Shown here: positions 1 to 12,300 of the stretch, in pieces | How positions within the stretch are numbered: position 1 is the first letter of the stretch | Layout: each line of letters starts with the position of its first letter | Assembly: GCA_965153285.1 (NCBI GenBank) | Contig: OZ229121.1 | Length of the DNA: 64,000 bases | Source of the DNA: Podarcis tiliguerta | Lineage: Eukaryota | Direction: 5' to 3' (one strand) | Notes under the pieces: generated by a model | The model's input: only the letters and a program-made list of their open reading frames with translations | Told to the model about the DNA's origin: nothing | The model's database searches: none | Program-made: the position numbers and the translations under genes

Positions 1-355
1 GGATTCTACTGGCAGACTTAGGATGGCCTTGGAGGGTCCTAAACGTGACCATTCACTGAGGCGGGGGGCTACAGCTTGCAACAACGTGCTCGGCAACTTA
101 ATCTTGCCCCAAAATGGGAAGAGCGCGCAAAAGAACGGAATACAAACTCTCTCTACATCTCTAGTCCCTTTCTAAGGTGGATTGTGTATTTTGCAGCCGA
201 TGGGAACGTCTGGATTTCGCAGCAAAAAGGAGAGAAGGTAAGTGTTTTATCCTTGTAGCCGCCAGTTCGTGGAGAAACAATGCCAGAACAAAGGGGACCA
301 CTTCTCCCTATGAAGCGTTTTGCATTTTCTTCCTCCATTTCTCATCGAGGAGACA
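1..355 (-). other. Candidate start of the large last exon of SKIDA1 (5' UTR part; the CDS would lie left of the window)
   Basis: Minus-strand acceptor cctctcccttccccctcccag|TG at 356/355, about 6 kb from the proposed TSS. This is consistent with the SKIDA1 layout as I recall it. Confidence 0.45.
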
Positions 356-379
356 CTGGGGAGGGGGAAGGGAGAGGCG

Positions 380-1710
380 ACTCGCACAACTTTTCCGCTT
401 TTAGGTAAGAAAGGCTGGAGCGAGCGGGGCGTTTGAGAAACTAGCCAGCGGCGCGCGGATTTAAATACTACTCAAAAGAGAAAGGGAGAAGGATCCCAGC
501 AGCAGCAGCCGCCACCTCCCTCGCACCGCCTGCAGCAAACGGGTCCGCCGCCAATTCAGCGGCGCTGAAACTGGAGAAACGGCTCGCGCCGTCTCGGCCG
601 CGAAAAGAAAAAAACCCAAACACCACCTAAACCCGCCCTTCCGAAGGCGAGCCGGCGCCTCCAGCTCGGCCGGGCTTTCGAGCGACTGCTCCGCGCGGAA
701 AAAACGGCTAGGAGCCGCGCGAAGAGGAAACGGGGCTGCGTTTTAAAACGCAAAATCTCGCCGCCTTCGGAAAAGCGGCCCAGGAAGGAAACGTAGGGAA
801 TATATCAGGGTCTCCCCGCCCCCCGATCGCGGGGAGCAAAGGAGAAAAAGGGTCCGGCGAGGTTTGTGCGTGCGCGGGCTGAGGAAGGCAGTGCGCCTTC
901 ACGAACAGCTCTCCTGTTTGGGGTTTTGTGGGGCAAGGGGGAAGCGGGAACTGGAGGCTGCAAGGTCCTTTGCAGCCGAGAAAGCGCTTCTTGCCTCGGC
1001 GGGAGCAAGGAGAACCCGGGGCCTGTTGTGGCCCAAGCTCAGGAGGTGGAGGCGGCATTGCCTAAGTTGTCCCCGCGTAGCAGCAGCAGCAGCAGCAGCA
1101 GCAGAGGACCCCCCCCCCCGTCCAATGTTTATAGCTCTCCCCTTCGGCTGCATTGTCCGGGAGCAGCGGGGGGAGGAGACTGGAGAGAAGGGGCCCAACG
1201 TCTCCTTACGCCAATGTAAGGCGTCGCTGCCTCCTTCCCCCCAGAGAAGAAGAGTGGCGGGCGGGCAGGCAGGCAGGCAAGCGCAGTTAGCACGAGGAAC
1301 CCGCCACCGCCGCTGCAGCAAGCAACAGCAGCAGCACCTTCCCTTTCCCCCTCTCGCCTGGGCTCTTTCCATTCATTTACCCGGGCGCAGGGGGCGGGGC
1401 CTGCGGGCCGGTGACCTTTCACCTCCTGCCTTCCTGCCTTCTCCTCCTCCCCCTCGGCGTTTCCTTTTGCCGCTCGGCCATTTGCTTACCCAGAAGCCAG
1501 CGCGCTGGGCGCGCTCGTGCCGAGCTCGAGTCTCTCGTAATCGCCCCTCTCAACCCCGCCCACTCCGCTTCTCTCTCCCCTCCCCTCCCGGGCGCGCGGC
1601 TTCCAATCTCAGGCCGGCAGGCAGCTCCTGGCGGAGGCCGCTGCTGCAACTCCCCGCGTGGACGCTAGGGGCAGCCGCTTCCAAGGGAGGGTGCTATTAG
1701 CTGCCCGCGG
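380..1710. promoter_or_regulatory. CpG island; possible alternative or bidirectional promoter inside the SKIDA1 5' region
   Basis: CpG-dense, with GC boxes (GGGGCGGGGC at 1391; CCCCGCCC near 814 and 1555) and several CCAAT boxes. Confidence 0.7.
1081..1104. repeat. (CAG)8 microsatellite
   Basis: Read directly from the sequence. Confidence 0.95.
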
Positions 1711-1724
1711 GAGACTTTCTATGG

Positions 1725-1757
<33 letters not shown>

Positions 1758-1984
1758 GTTCGATAACGCCCTTTATAAAACAGTTCCAAACACTAATTTT
1801 ACGGTCCCACTGACACTGGTGCAGATTACTTTCAAGTCACGTATTCAACATCCGGTATCACTGTCCACGTTATTATAGGTAATTATTAATTATAATTTCC
1901 GACAGCAGTAATTAATTGCATTTATTGAACACAGCTAACGCTTGTCATAAATCAGGATTATTTACAACGATGACGGTAATGCGG
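1490..1984 (-). other. Candidate internal 5' UTR exon of SKIDA1 (acceptor strong, donor uncertain)
   Basis: Long pure-pyrimidine tract ending ...ctcttcag|CCG on the minus strand at 1985/1984. The best downstream donor is TGG|GTAAGC at 1490/1489. Confidence 0.4.
1727..1756. repeat. (AAT)10 microsatellite
   Basis: Read directly from the sequence. Confidence 0.95.
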
Positions 1985-4900
1985 CTGAAGAGAAAAAAAA
2001 AAGAAAAGTTCCTGAAAGTTTAGGCAGGGCGATTAAAACTGGGAGAAAAGGAGGGGGAGATGGTAAAGGATTTCCCCTTCCATAAGGCAAAGAGCTAGAC
2101 TTCAAAGCCCCCACACCCCGCCCCCAATATGGGGGAAATGTAGTTGAAGGGAATATTAGGGAACTATTTCGAGGATGAAGAGCCACTGCAGTTCCTACTC
2201 AGCATCTCCTGCCCCAAGTCATCATCTCCCCTCCCCCTCCCCCCAAAAGCAAAAGGGCTGGCTTTGAAGAAAAAGGTTTAGAACTCTTTGTTTCTGCTTT
2301 TCTTCCTGACCATGTGAGTGAGGCGGGGTTGGGTCGGTGGGACTGGAAAGCAGCAAAACAGGTCACTGGGTGACTTGCTTCTTCATCCTTCAGCTTTTAG
2401 CGTCTCTCTCTCTCTCTCTCTCTGCCCTAGAAAAATGACACTCCTGGGTTTGCTTAAAAAGAATATTTTAAGTGGGAAAAGAGGGAGGGGGGACTCGAGA
2501 TCGAGGACTGTTTTAATGGTCTCCGTCTAAAGCATGAGGGTCCCCATCAAATGGCACAGCGTTTCACTCTTAAGAATATCTGAATAGATCAAATCCCGCT
2601 CGCCCCTCCTTGGAAGGCTGGAAAGAAACAAGTTCTTTTAACGAAGAGCTTTAGAACTTAAGCTAAAGCTGCAGCCGAGAGGGAAGTGTTTTTCTCGGCC
2701 TTGCTTGCGGATCTGCAGAGCTTGCAGCGTGGCCCAGAACCGGTAGCGTTCAGATGCACGTGCAGCAGACAGCCCCGGCCATCTGCAATATCTTCAGATC
2801 GCTGCCTGCTTTTTGTTTTTGTTGAAGCCTTCCCAACCTGCGAGATCACTGCGAGAACAAAGTGCAGGCTAGGAGCAGGCGTGGGCCGAGCTTCCGGAGG
2901 GCTCTGAGACGGAGGAGGGGGAGGGAAGAGGTGCTTCTGGGGACAGCCTCCCAAATCGCAGCTTTCCCCAAAAGCAGCAAGACGTAGAAAGTGGCGACCC
3001 AAACGGTGACCTACTGCATACGAGCGGAAGGTTGCAGGGAGGACAGGAATCCATCCGAACAGCCAGGCGGGATTGTACTGCATATTAAAGAAGAGATTTT
3101 ACGAGGCTGGTTTTCGTTTGAAAGCATGGCCGTGTTAGGCAAATGAGTGTCAAGGCATTGCACACGGCTTTCTTGGGAGATTCTTGCTGGCGACATAATC
3201 GATACAAACAAATCATGTAGAAGGGAACAAAAAGATTCGCTCCCCGCGCCACCCTTAAATGGTAATAAAAGACTGACGCTCCATGAATTGTCAAATCCCG
3301 CTAAAGGTTTTGAGAGAGACGCTTGTCCACCGGGCGGAAGGGGGATTTGGAGCTGCTTCTTGCCTGTTGAATATGACGGACAAGTGTTTTCTATCCCAGG
3401 CAAAATGTGCCTATTCGCCAAATACTCGATTGGAACAGGTTTTGGCATCGGGCTGTTAAAAGGGTCTTGTCAGGTCTTGAGTAAAATAAATATTTTAAAA
3501 AATAAAATTCTGACAGTGTTAACATGGTTGTCAAAATGTGGAAAAACAAGATACAATGGTATTTTAATTATTTAAGTGGATTTAAACCTCTTTCCCTCGC
3601 TCTCTCTTTTACACACAGCATCCCAGTTAGGCACCTGATAATTTCGATCCAGATACCAATTAATGCCAAGTATTTTGATTAAATTAATTAATCCTCTTAT
3701 GCTACATGCGTTATTTAGAAGTGAGTTCCATGACATGACTTGCATTTCTTAAGTTTACTATTTGAGATGTTAAATTGCCATCCATAATCAATTTATTCTG
3801 GATCAATCTCTTTGGATTATTCTGGAATAAACAGACTGTTGAGTGTGCTTCTGGGGTTGCAATCCTGACACTTGTTTAGAAGGCAAGCACAACAGAAGCA
3901 GTGACCTATTGCCAGTTAAATGTGTTTTCGAAACCAGTAGCTGATGTTGTGTGATCGGCTGCAATTGTATGCAGGTTTTCTTGAGAGTAAGTCCCACAAA
4001 CTTAGTCGGCTTTACTTGCAAGTGAACATGAAAGAACCCAATTTTAACTGGGCTGTAAATCCAGTTGCCAGTTAAGTGCCTATAATTTCCCCTAATTAGC
4101 ATATCTGGATTTCTGTATCCCATGGTTGGGCCATGCTTACAATGAGCAGTGGATTGGTTACAAATAGATTTTAGTTGTCGGAATATAAACCAGCTCATTT
4201 AAAAAGAAAATAAGGGAAATGTATTTTATTTGTAACAAAAACACACCAATCAACAGCAGATTGAAAAGAGACACTTTCTCATAGTGCAATAATTAAAAAA
4301 TACTTTTTTTATTAAAAAAGTGGGAAGTAGTTTTATGTTTATGTGAGAAAATATCAAAGCAGGAAAAGGTTTTCTTTACAATAAAATAATTGCAAAGCAT
4401 CCTCCCACACTCCAAAATATAGCAAATAAACTAAAAGAAAGCCAAAATGTAACACAATTCCGCTCATGGTTAAATTATAGGTAAGGAAGTTGAAGGAAAG
4501 ATGCATTTTGTTTATTTTAAAGGGCCTGTCTAGGTGGCTCTTAGTTGTATTAGTTTGATTTGTTAAAACCAAGAGGAATGCTTTTTGTTTTCTTTAGAGG
4601 TTAGCATCTTGTGAATCTGCTGTCTTGTGGTAAAACTATTGAGAATTGTAGAAAGATTCTCAGCAAACAAAGAAGGCAGCGTTAGCAGGGCAATAGGAGC
4701 GTGACAGTTTGAGCCAAGGTGGCAAAGAGTTCAAGTCATGAAGACGTTAAACCGAAGTTCTTGGATTGAAGCCAGTTTTGCAAAGAGAATCGGCTTAATT
4801 CCCTTTCATTGGGACTTCCTTCCGAGTAAGCGCATATATGAGAGTACAATAGAGCTCCATTTATCGGTTGTGGATCCAAGCTTTCCTAAGAGTAGTTTTA

Positions 4901-5049
4901 CCAGGGTTGGAAGAAATTGAGAAAGGTCTGTGGTCAGCAGCACTTGTCCTGTTTTGATTGATGATCTATCCCATCCCCCCCCTTTTTTTTCTCCTGCAAC
5001 CAACCGCTGCAAAGGCTGCTTAAAAGAAGAAGTTTGCCTTTTTGGTTAG

Positions 5050-6370
5050 GGCACAGAAGCCCTCCCCAGAAAAAGCAGCATGTGCTGCTGCATTGGAGGA
5101 GAGCGCAGAGCCCCCGCTTTTCCTCTAGGCAGCGCTGCAGCTGCGAAGAAGGACGAGTGAGCAGGACAGGGGCCAGCTGGCAAGGCAGTGGCAGCAAAAG
5201 GGTTTTTTGCACGGCGCCTTTGCAAGGTCGTCCTGATTGGAACCCGGGACCCTCGTGTAAGGGAAGAGGGGAGAGGAGCTTGGCGGGCAGCCAAACCCAA
5301 TAACCCCCACCCTCTCCCCTTCCTCAAAGCCCTTTTTGCGTTGATGAAAGAGGTTGAGGGCGAGCAGGTGAAAGAATGAATTTGTGGGTGTCGCTTACAA
5401 AACGAGAGTCAATTGAGAGGCCTGCTTGTGCAAGGACTAAGCCTGGCTGGCAGGAGGGCTCAGAGAAGGAGCTGCTCCTCCTGAGGGAAGAAGCAGCCCA
5501 GGCAGGCTCGCAGCCGGGCCTACTAACTACAGGCCGGCCGGCCCGCCTGCCTGCCTGTAGCCACAGGAGCAGAAGGGGCTGGGCCCCACGAAAGAAGCCG
5601 CGAGGGACGCCGAGAGAGCGCAGGGGGAGCTGGGAGGCCGCCTGACGAGATCTGGGGGGCGGAGGGGGGGAAGGAAAGGGGCTGCCGGCGGCGGCGGCGG
5701 GAGGGGAAGCTGCGAAAGGCGGTAGCAGCTGCCGCCGGGGAGCTGAGGCCTCATTCAGGCAGGAAGTGCAGTTGGAGGGAAGGTGCTCGGTTGCAGCAGG
5801 CGGGCCGGGGCAGCAGCGAGCGGCGTAGGCCGGCCTCCGTGAGGGGAGAGGAAGGGGAGCCGCGGCTCCTTTCCCCCCATTGCTCGTAGGGAAGCTGCCG
5901 CCGCCGCCGCCGCTGCCCTTCTTCGCGGGAAGGCTCCCCTTGTTTTCTCGCCGCAGCTGTGAAGGAAAAAGGGACGAGCTTCTGCTTGAGCAGCTTTTTT
6001 GGGTTGAGCTTCCCCAAGCACTATTTTGTTTTATTGTTGGGGTGTGTGTGGAAGGAGTACGGTTCGAGTTTGTAATGCTCTTTCCTCCCGGTTTCCAGCA
6101 GCAGTTTTATCTGGTCCATAAGTAGAGAGGACTTTTTTCTCTTATTCTTCCTTGTGCTGCTGTTTTATTCACTGGGCTTTATAGCTCACCGAAGGTAAAA
6201 GACCCCACCAGGGAGAAAAAGCTCGCCTGGTACAAAGGGAAACATCTGTTCAGCGGTGAATTTTTAGAACAGGATTTTTCGAGAGGGAAGGGGAGGGGGG
6301 GGGAAGGGGCAGGAAACAACTCGAGGAGGAAAAACACTAAATGCTGAAATAATTAGATTTTACGAAGAGG
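5050..6370 (-). promoter_or_regulatory. CpG island; likely promoter and first-intron region of the divergent gene SKIDA1
   Basis: CpG-dense core at about 5430-6070, about 8.5 kb upstream of MLLT10. SKIDA1 lies head-to-head with MLLT10 at similar spacing in amniotes. The gene identity rests on synteny only. Confidence 0.6.
6190..6325 (-). other. Candidate non-coding first exon of SKIDA1
   Basis: Minus-strand donor TCG|GTGAGC at 6190/6189, at the edge of the CpG island. The upper boundary (TSS) is approximate. Confidence 0.45.
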
Positions 6371-9300
6371 GAGCTAAAGGGAGAGTGGGTTCGGAAAAGA
6401 GCGGGTTCTTTTTTTAAAACAAAAAATTGTTGCTGAAGTTGGAAAAACCGTGTCTTGTTCCTTTCAGAGGCTGGCAAAAATAAAAGTTCTTAAAACGAAA
6501 GGCCTGTTCCTTCTGAAGTGTTTCTCTTTAAAAAGTAAAAACAAAAATAAAATGCATTTGTCCTTAAAAACAATTCAATTAATTTGAGTTGATTTTGGTC
6601 ATTTTAATTACTTGAAGGAAAATAAACTGCTTAAGCTTGTCTTTAAAAAAAAATCCAACAAGTGTCTATAATACATTGTTTTTAAATGTTGCGCCTGGGG
6701 TACTGTTTACTCGACCAGCCTTGTTAGATGGGGGGAGGTAAGCGTGTCTACATTCTTTTTAAATATATATATATAGACTTGAAACTATTTTTCTGGTAAA
6801 ATAGCTTCTTAGCAATACAGTAGTATTGTTTCATGCAACTTGAGGGAATTTTAAAAGGCGGATTAGAATAATTTCTAAATATTGTATTTCCATGTTCTCT
6901 GGGGGGAAATGGAATTTACTGAAGTTCTGAACTTCAGTAAAGCACTCAACAGGGCTGTATTTCTGGACACCATGGAGCAGAAAACTGTTGGTAGCTTTCC
7001 TGGAGACAGGGTTGAAATACGTTTGTGTTTATTTCTTTTCTTTGTAAAACTTGCTGTCTTTGGAGCCTTTAGATAGTAAATGCCAATTCAGAAGAATAAG
7101 GCAAACCTCACTTTGAAAATAGTTTCAGAGTTTAAAATTACCATATTTTGAAACATCACCATAGTTAAAAATATATTGGCGGTTGTAATCTTTAATGATC
7201 ACGGATCTTTAGTAACAAATAATTAGAATAATATTGAAATATATATGTGAGAAGGCCTTCAGATGCACACATAATTTATATAAGGCAATACGTATACAGG
7301 GATTTTAAAATCAAATCTGTATTACAGAAGAAAAAATACAGCTGAAGGAACAGGAGAAATAGCATGTCTGGTTTTTCCTCAGTGTTCCATACTACTTTTC
7401 TTGTTTCCGAAATAGAAACATTTCTCCCATCTTCTTTCTTGCCAAATGGGTAATTTTTTTTTAAAAAAAATGAGAGTAGCACGATGTAAAAAAATCACAT
7501 TCCGACTCTGAAGTGCTACAGTGAGACTGACAAAAAGTGATCCGAGGCTTGTGCCCTTAATTCGCTCGGAATGTTAAGCTTCCCAAGATACTCCCCGCCT
7601 ATGCGGTCATGTTAGCTTTTCTCTGTGTTTAGTAGGTGGTTTTTAATGGTTTAAAATTAGTACGTAGATCGTCTGTGCCCTTACGTTTGTAATATCAATA
7701 TTTTAAAAAGTGTGTCCTGTAACAGGAAACGTCACACATTGTTAGAATTTTTTTTAATGGTTGCATTTGGCTACTCCATTCATAGACACAGTACAATTAA
7801 TTAGCATATTCTTGGGTGTGTTTTTGAGATTGGGAGGTAGTAGCCCCCATTTGAGGAGAAAACTCCTTAAATAAAAAAAGTAACGTGATTCTGCCCAAAC
7901 CAGACACATAATTGATATTGACTGGAGAACTGCTTCATGTATAGCAAGTTGCTTTTATATCTAACAAAACTGCTTTCCTCCCTTTTCTATGGATAATTTC
8001 TAACTGGTGATAACAATAATTCTGAAATAGCTTTATAATTTAGATGCATGATAGGGAATTAAAGATGTTTTCTAATAGAAGAACAAGCATGAATAAAAAG
8101 GGGAAATGCAACCTAGGAGTATTGACAAAAATATGAACCAGTATAAACTTTTGATTTCTATTCAAATATAGGCTCATATTTCATGTTTTTTGTGCTTTTT
8201 GGTGTGTGTGTGGATGAGGGGAAAGACTACTTTCAAATATCCCTCCTGCCAGAAACAAACCATTTACAGCAAAATTCCAAATCTTTATTGAGATACTACA
8301 AAGAAAATCAGTGCATTACATTTAAATTACATTAAATCTAAACTTCAGAGTTTACTATCTTTCGCCCTGATTAGTACAGCATTATTATATTAAATGTGAA
8401 TTTTCAAAAAACCTTTAACAATAAATTATATTTGTATATAAACTGAAAGTAGCACTTAACTATATTCCAATGAATAACTTTATAAATTAGCTCTTAAATG
8501 TAAACCTTGGGCCTCTCAAACTGAAGGTATGTTTACCCACCATGCTAAAAAAAATTCCTGTGCTGTAATATTTACTTAGAATATTTAATCTAGGGGTTTT
8601 ATGTAAAAAACACTCTTTTGCATCATGTAAACAGTACATCTCAGGCTGAAATTAACAATTAAATGCTAGCATTATCTTAATAGAAGCAGTACTTGGAAAA
8701 CAACTATTTCATCCACTGGTGCTCCTAGTTAAGTGGCATTTGCCCAAAGCCTCCTGAGGTGATAGTGCAATTTAAAACAATATAATGGATGCTTTAAAAA
8801 CAACTTCCCAGTTAAATTAGTGGTTTTACTGGCTAGATTCTGAGAAAGATTCAAACAATGTCATCACAGTTTTAACAGTCAAAGTTATACTTACATTAAT
8901 AGGTAGCTTGGTCAGCACACAACTGACTTAAAACTTGTATGTACAAATTGGAAAATGTGTAAATACATTAAAAAATGCAGATGAAAGGTGAACTGCATAT
9001 AAGCTGGTATTTGTATTGCTGCAAAGTATTCCTGTGGTTATGTGTACATGCACACACACAAAATAAAAATATATATGTTTTTACTGGTGTAGCTTTACTC
9101 AGAAACTCTACAAGCACATTTTGTTTAAAGTAAGTTCTGTTTAAACCAATTGGAAAGTAGATTTTAGGACTGAAGTACTGAACACAACAGGATTAACATA
9201 GGGAGTAAAAAAACATGGACAGAATGTTATGCTCTTCATAACTGAGCAAGGGCAAATAATTTGCTGAATTCAGGCCACTATAGCTTATAGTTTTAAATAC

Positions 9301-12300
9301 TGTATAGCAGTAGTGTGTATGGGTCAAATCACAAGTGTCGCACTCCACACTGTGTGTGGACTGACCATTATGCTTTCATTTCCTAGGATTAAACAAATAG
9401 CATCATTAATATTTAAATTAATGCTATATTCAAGTTCAGCAAGCAAAGAAGGTAAAGAAAGTGTGCTTTTAAAAAAATAAACACAAATAAGAAGATACTT
9501 AATATCTATTAAGTTTTTTCTCAGAACTTTTAAAAGGCACATTATTTTATGAATATTATAGCTTTTTGTGCTTGGGTAAAGTATAAAATTTAAGTTTGGA
9601 CAAAGATTCAGTTTTAAAATCTTAACATGTTGTTAAGGGCTTTAGGCAAGCATCTATTCCTACCCTCACTCCTCAAAAACAAACAGCCCTGACACAACTC
9701 TTCTATTCCTCCTCCATTTATCCCTCCTTCCCTCCTAATTGTTTTCAACATAGGATGAAAAAGACATGTTTGGGTTTGAAGAGATTTTTTTGGTTTTGCT
9801 TTTATATATCTATTTTACCTCACATGCTCGTTCTTATTGAGTAATAAGAAAATTACACCTGATTTAATTGTGACAAAGAGGTGATTAAGTAATACAGGCT
9901 CTTTTGCTCAACAAGCCCAGGATGTGTTACTGAATCCATGTTTAGAATTATTAGCCACATGCAAAACATAAAGGGCATTTCAGGAAATTGGAATTTTAGG
10001 TTGATGCTACTTGTTTTTAAAATATTTTTAAATATTTAGGTGATACAGGACGTTAAAAGTGCTGAAAATGTTTTTGTACATTACTTCCCCCCCCTAACAT
10101 TTAAAAGTCTATTTCCTTTTTAAAATAAAAGTAAATAACATGAAACCCTAGAAGTACATCCTATGGAGTTCAATGCCACCTACTCCCAGGTAAGTGTGTA
10201 TAGGATTGCAGCTTAAAACAAATAAAGTTATAAAATAGTAGAAAATTACATGTACCTTTAAAATATGTGGATTGATTTGTTGTCTACATTGTATCTTTTA
10301 AAAAACTACCAATTTGAAATACAGAGTAATTCAATCTTTGCCTGTTTTCCTTTTCTAAGAGGCATATTTCTATCTCTGGGTCTGAAAAAGCTGTGAATTC
10401 AAAAACATTTCCCCCTATCATCAGCCTTTACATCTATTCCTGAAAACACACCCTAACACCCCAACTTAAAAACCGTAACTTGAAAGTAAATCTCATTGAT
10501 TTCAAACTTGCCTCAAGTAGTGTGCTTAGGAATAGGATGCAAAAGGTTTCCACATTCATATCATATGGATGTTAATGGCTTACTATGTGTGTAGTACATT
10601 GTCGTAAAGCCTTTCTCTTCCTATTTTGCATTTCAATGGTTCTTTCCAAATGCATTGTTTTACAAAACCACCAAGAGGCTATCTACATTTTGTCATCAAG
10701 TTCCCTGCAATGTTTTAAAATAGGATCATAGTCCCTCTTACAGTCTATATATTTCAATTCCTTAAATGAAACTAAAGTTAGTACAATCAATTTAAAATAA
10801 AGTTTAATGTATTATTATAGTGCAATACAATTTACCCTGGGGGTTTTTGTGCCAAAATCAAAGTTTTATGTTGATCATTCTGTTAATATACAGCATATAT
10901 ACTTTTAAAAAAAGAGATTTGTTTAAAATGCATCCAAAGGCTTTGCAAAATACATTTCTAACATATACATTTTAGTTTGGGCAGTTCTTTTAGCATGATT
11001 TTCAGTTGACATTGCTTTACATTCTAGGAAGGGCCAAATTTTAAATGATACTGAATGTGAAAAATGAACTGTAGAACTATATGAAGCTTAATAGTGTTCA
11101 AAAGAAAAAATACGTCCAAAGCTTTTACAAACTGGAAGGAAACATAGGCTGCAATTTTATTACAATGTACTTTTCTAGAGTACTCTATCCCTTAGGTTTC
11201 TTGTCCATTGTATGCTTTGCTAAACAGCAGAACCTTGGTGCTACTTAATTCTGAAAGTTCCAAGTCCTCAGCATCCCTGACATTCACCCTCCCTTTGCTA
11301 CCTTAAAGTCCAACTCCATCTGTCAGTGCACCTATCTGTATTTATTCAGTCTCCCACAATAGTTCCTAGTAGATGCAGACTGACTTGTTGAATAATGCTG
11401 CTTCAGTCACTCTGGGTCTACTTTGTAGTGAAGTGGTTGGTATCTATTTAGTTCTTTTAGTCTCCATTAAAAAAGAATAAATATGAGGAATGATTTATGT
11501 TTAAATAAAACGTTTTATTTGGTCTCCATTAAAAGGCATATAGTGTGTATGGGAAATTTCCAATGAAAGGGGCAATGAAGAAACAAGAATTAAATTAGTC
11601 TGTAAGGTAGCAACAAACTGTCTACAAACTAGAGTTCAATTTAGGCCACAGTTCTAATGCTGGGGTTAACAATATCACTGGGAATACTTTTTAGAACTTA
11701 GATATCATTTTCCTGAAATAAGCAAAAATAGCTTTGAAATACTCTTCACTCAGATCCACAACTCATTTAAAGCTGCAACCCTATCTACACTTTCAAGGAA
11801 GACCCATTTAATACAGTGAGACTTACTCATGAGTAAATATGCATAGGAACAGGCTAATTTTTGAATTATTTAGGTGTATATGGGTCAATAGAGTTGACGG
11901 TGCAATCCTATATTTTTTTTCTTACAATAAGTCTCACTGTGTTCAGTAGGGCTTACTTCCAAGCAAGCATGTATGGTTTTAAAGTCTGAATTAGTTAAAA
12001 CAGTAGTTTGGTTTGATAGGAACACAGTTATTAAAGTGGAATCTAATCCTTTAAATAATTTTATTTAAATAATAATGTAGCTTTCAGAACATAAGGAAAT
12101 TAATAAATTACACAATATACTTCTAATTTCCATATCTCTGAAGGACTGAAAGATAATACACATGATTGAAAGGCAATACAGTACATGTTTTTGTACTTAG
12201 GCTCTAGGATTTTAAATATCACTCTCCATTCTACATATTTTTTTCTTTGCTGTAGCAGGCACATGGAAATACAGGCACTTTGTGAAGCATTTTTGTATGG

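Noticed and set aside
864-1700. 278-aa ORF and overlapping ORFs on both strands
   Set aside because: Low-complexity Arg/Pro/Ala translations from stop-poor CpG-island DNA, with no recognisable domain. This is not the SKIDA1 CDS.
3011-3575. Antiparallel 145-aa and 142-aa ORFs
   Set aside because: No family resemblance. The block is better explained as a motif-rich non-coding element.
5376-6125. Several 75-90-aa ORFs in the second CpG island
   Set aside because: Same GC-content artefact; all frames are open and there is no homology.
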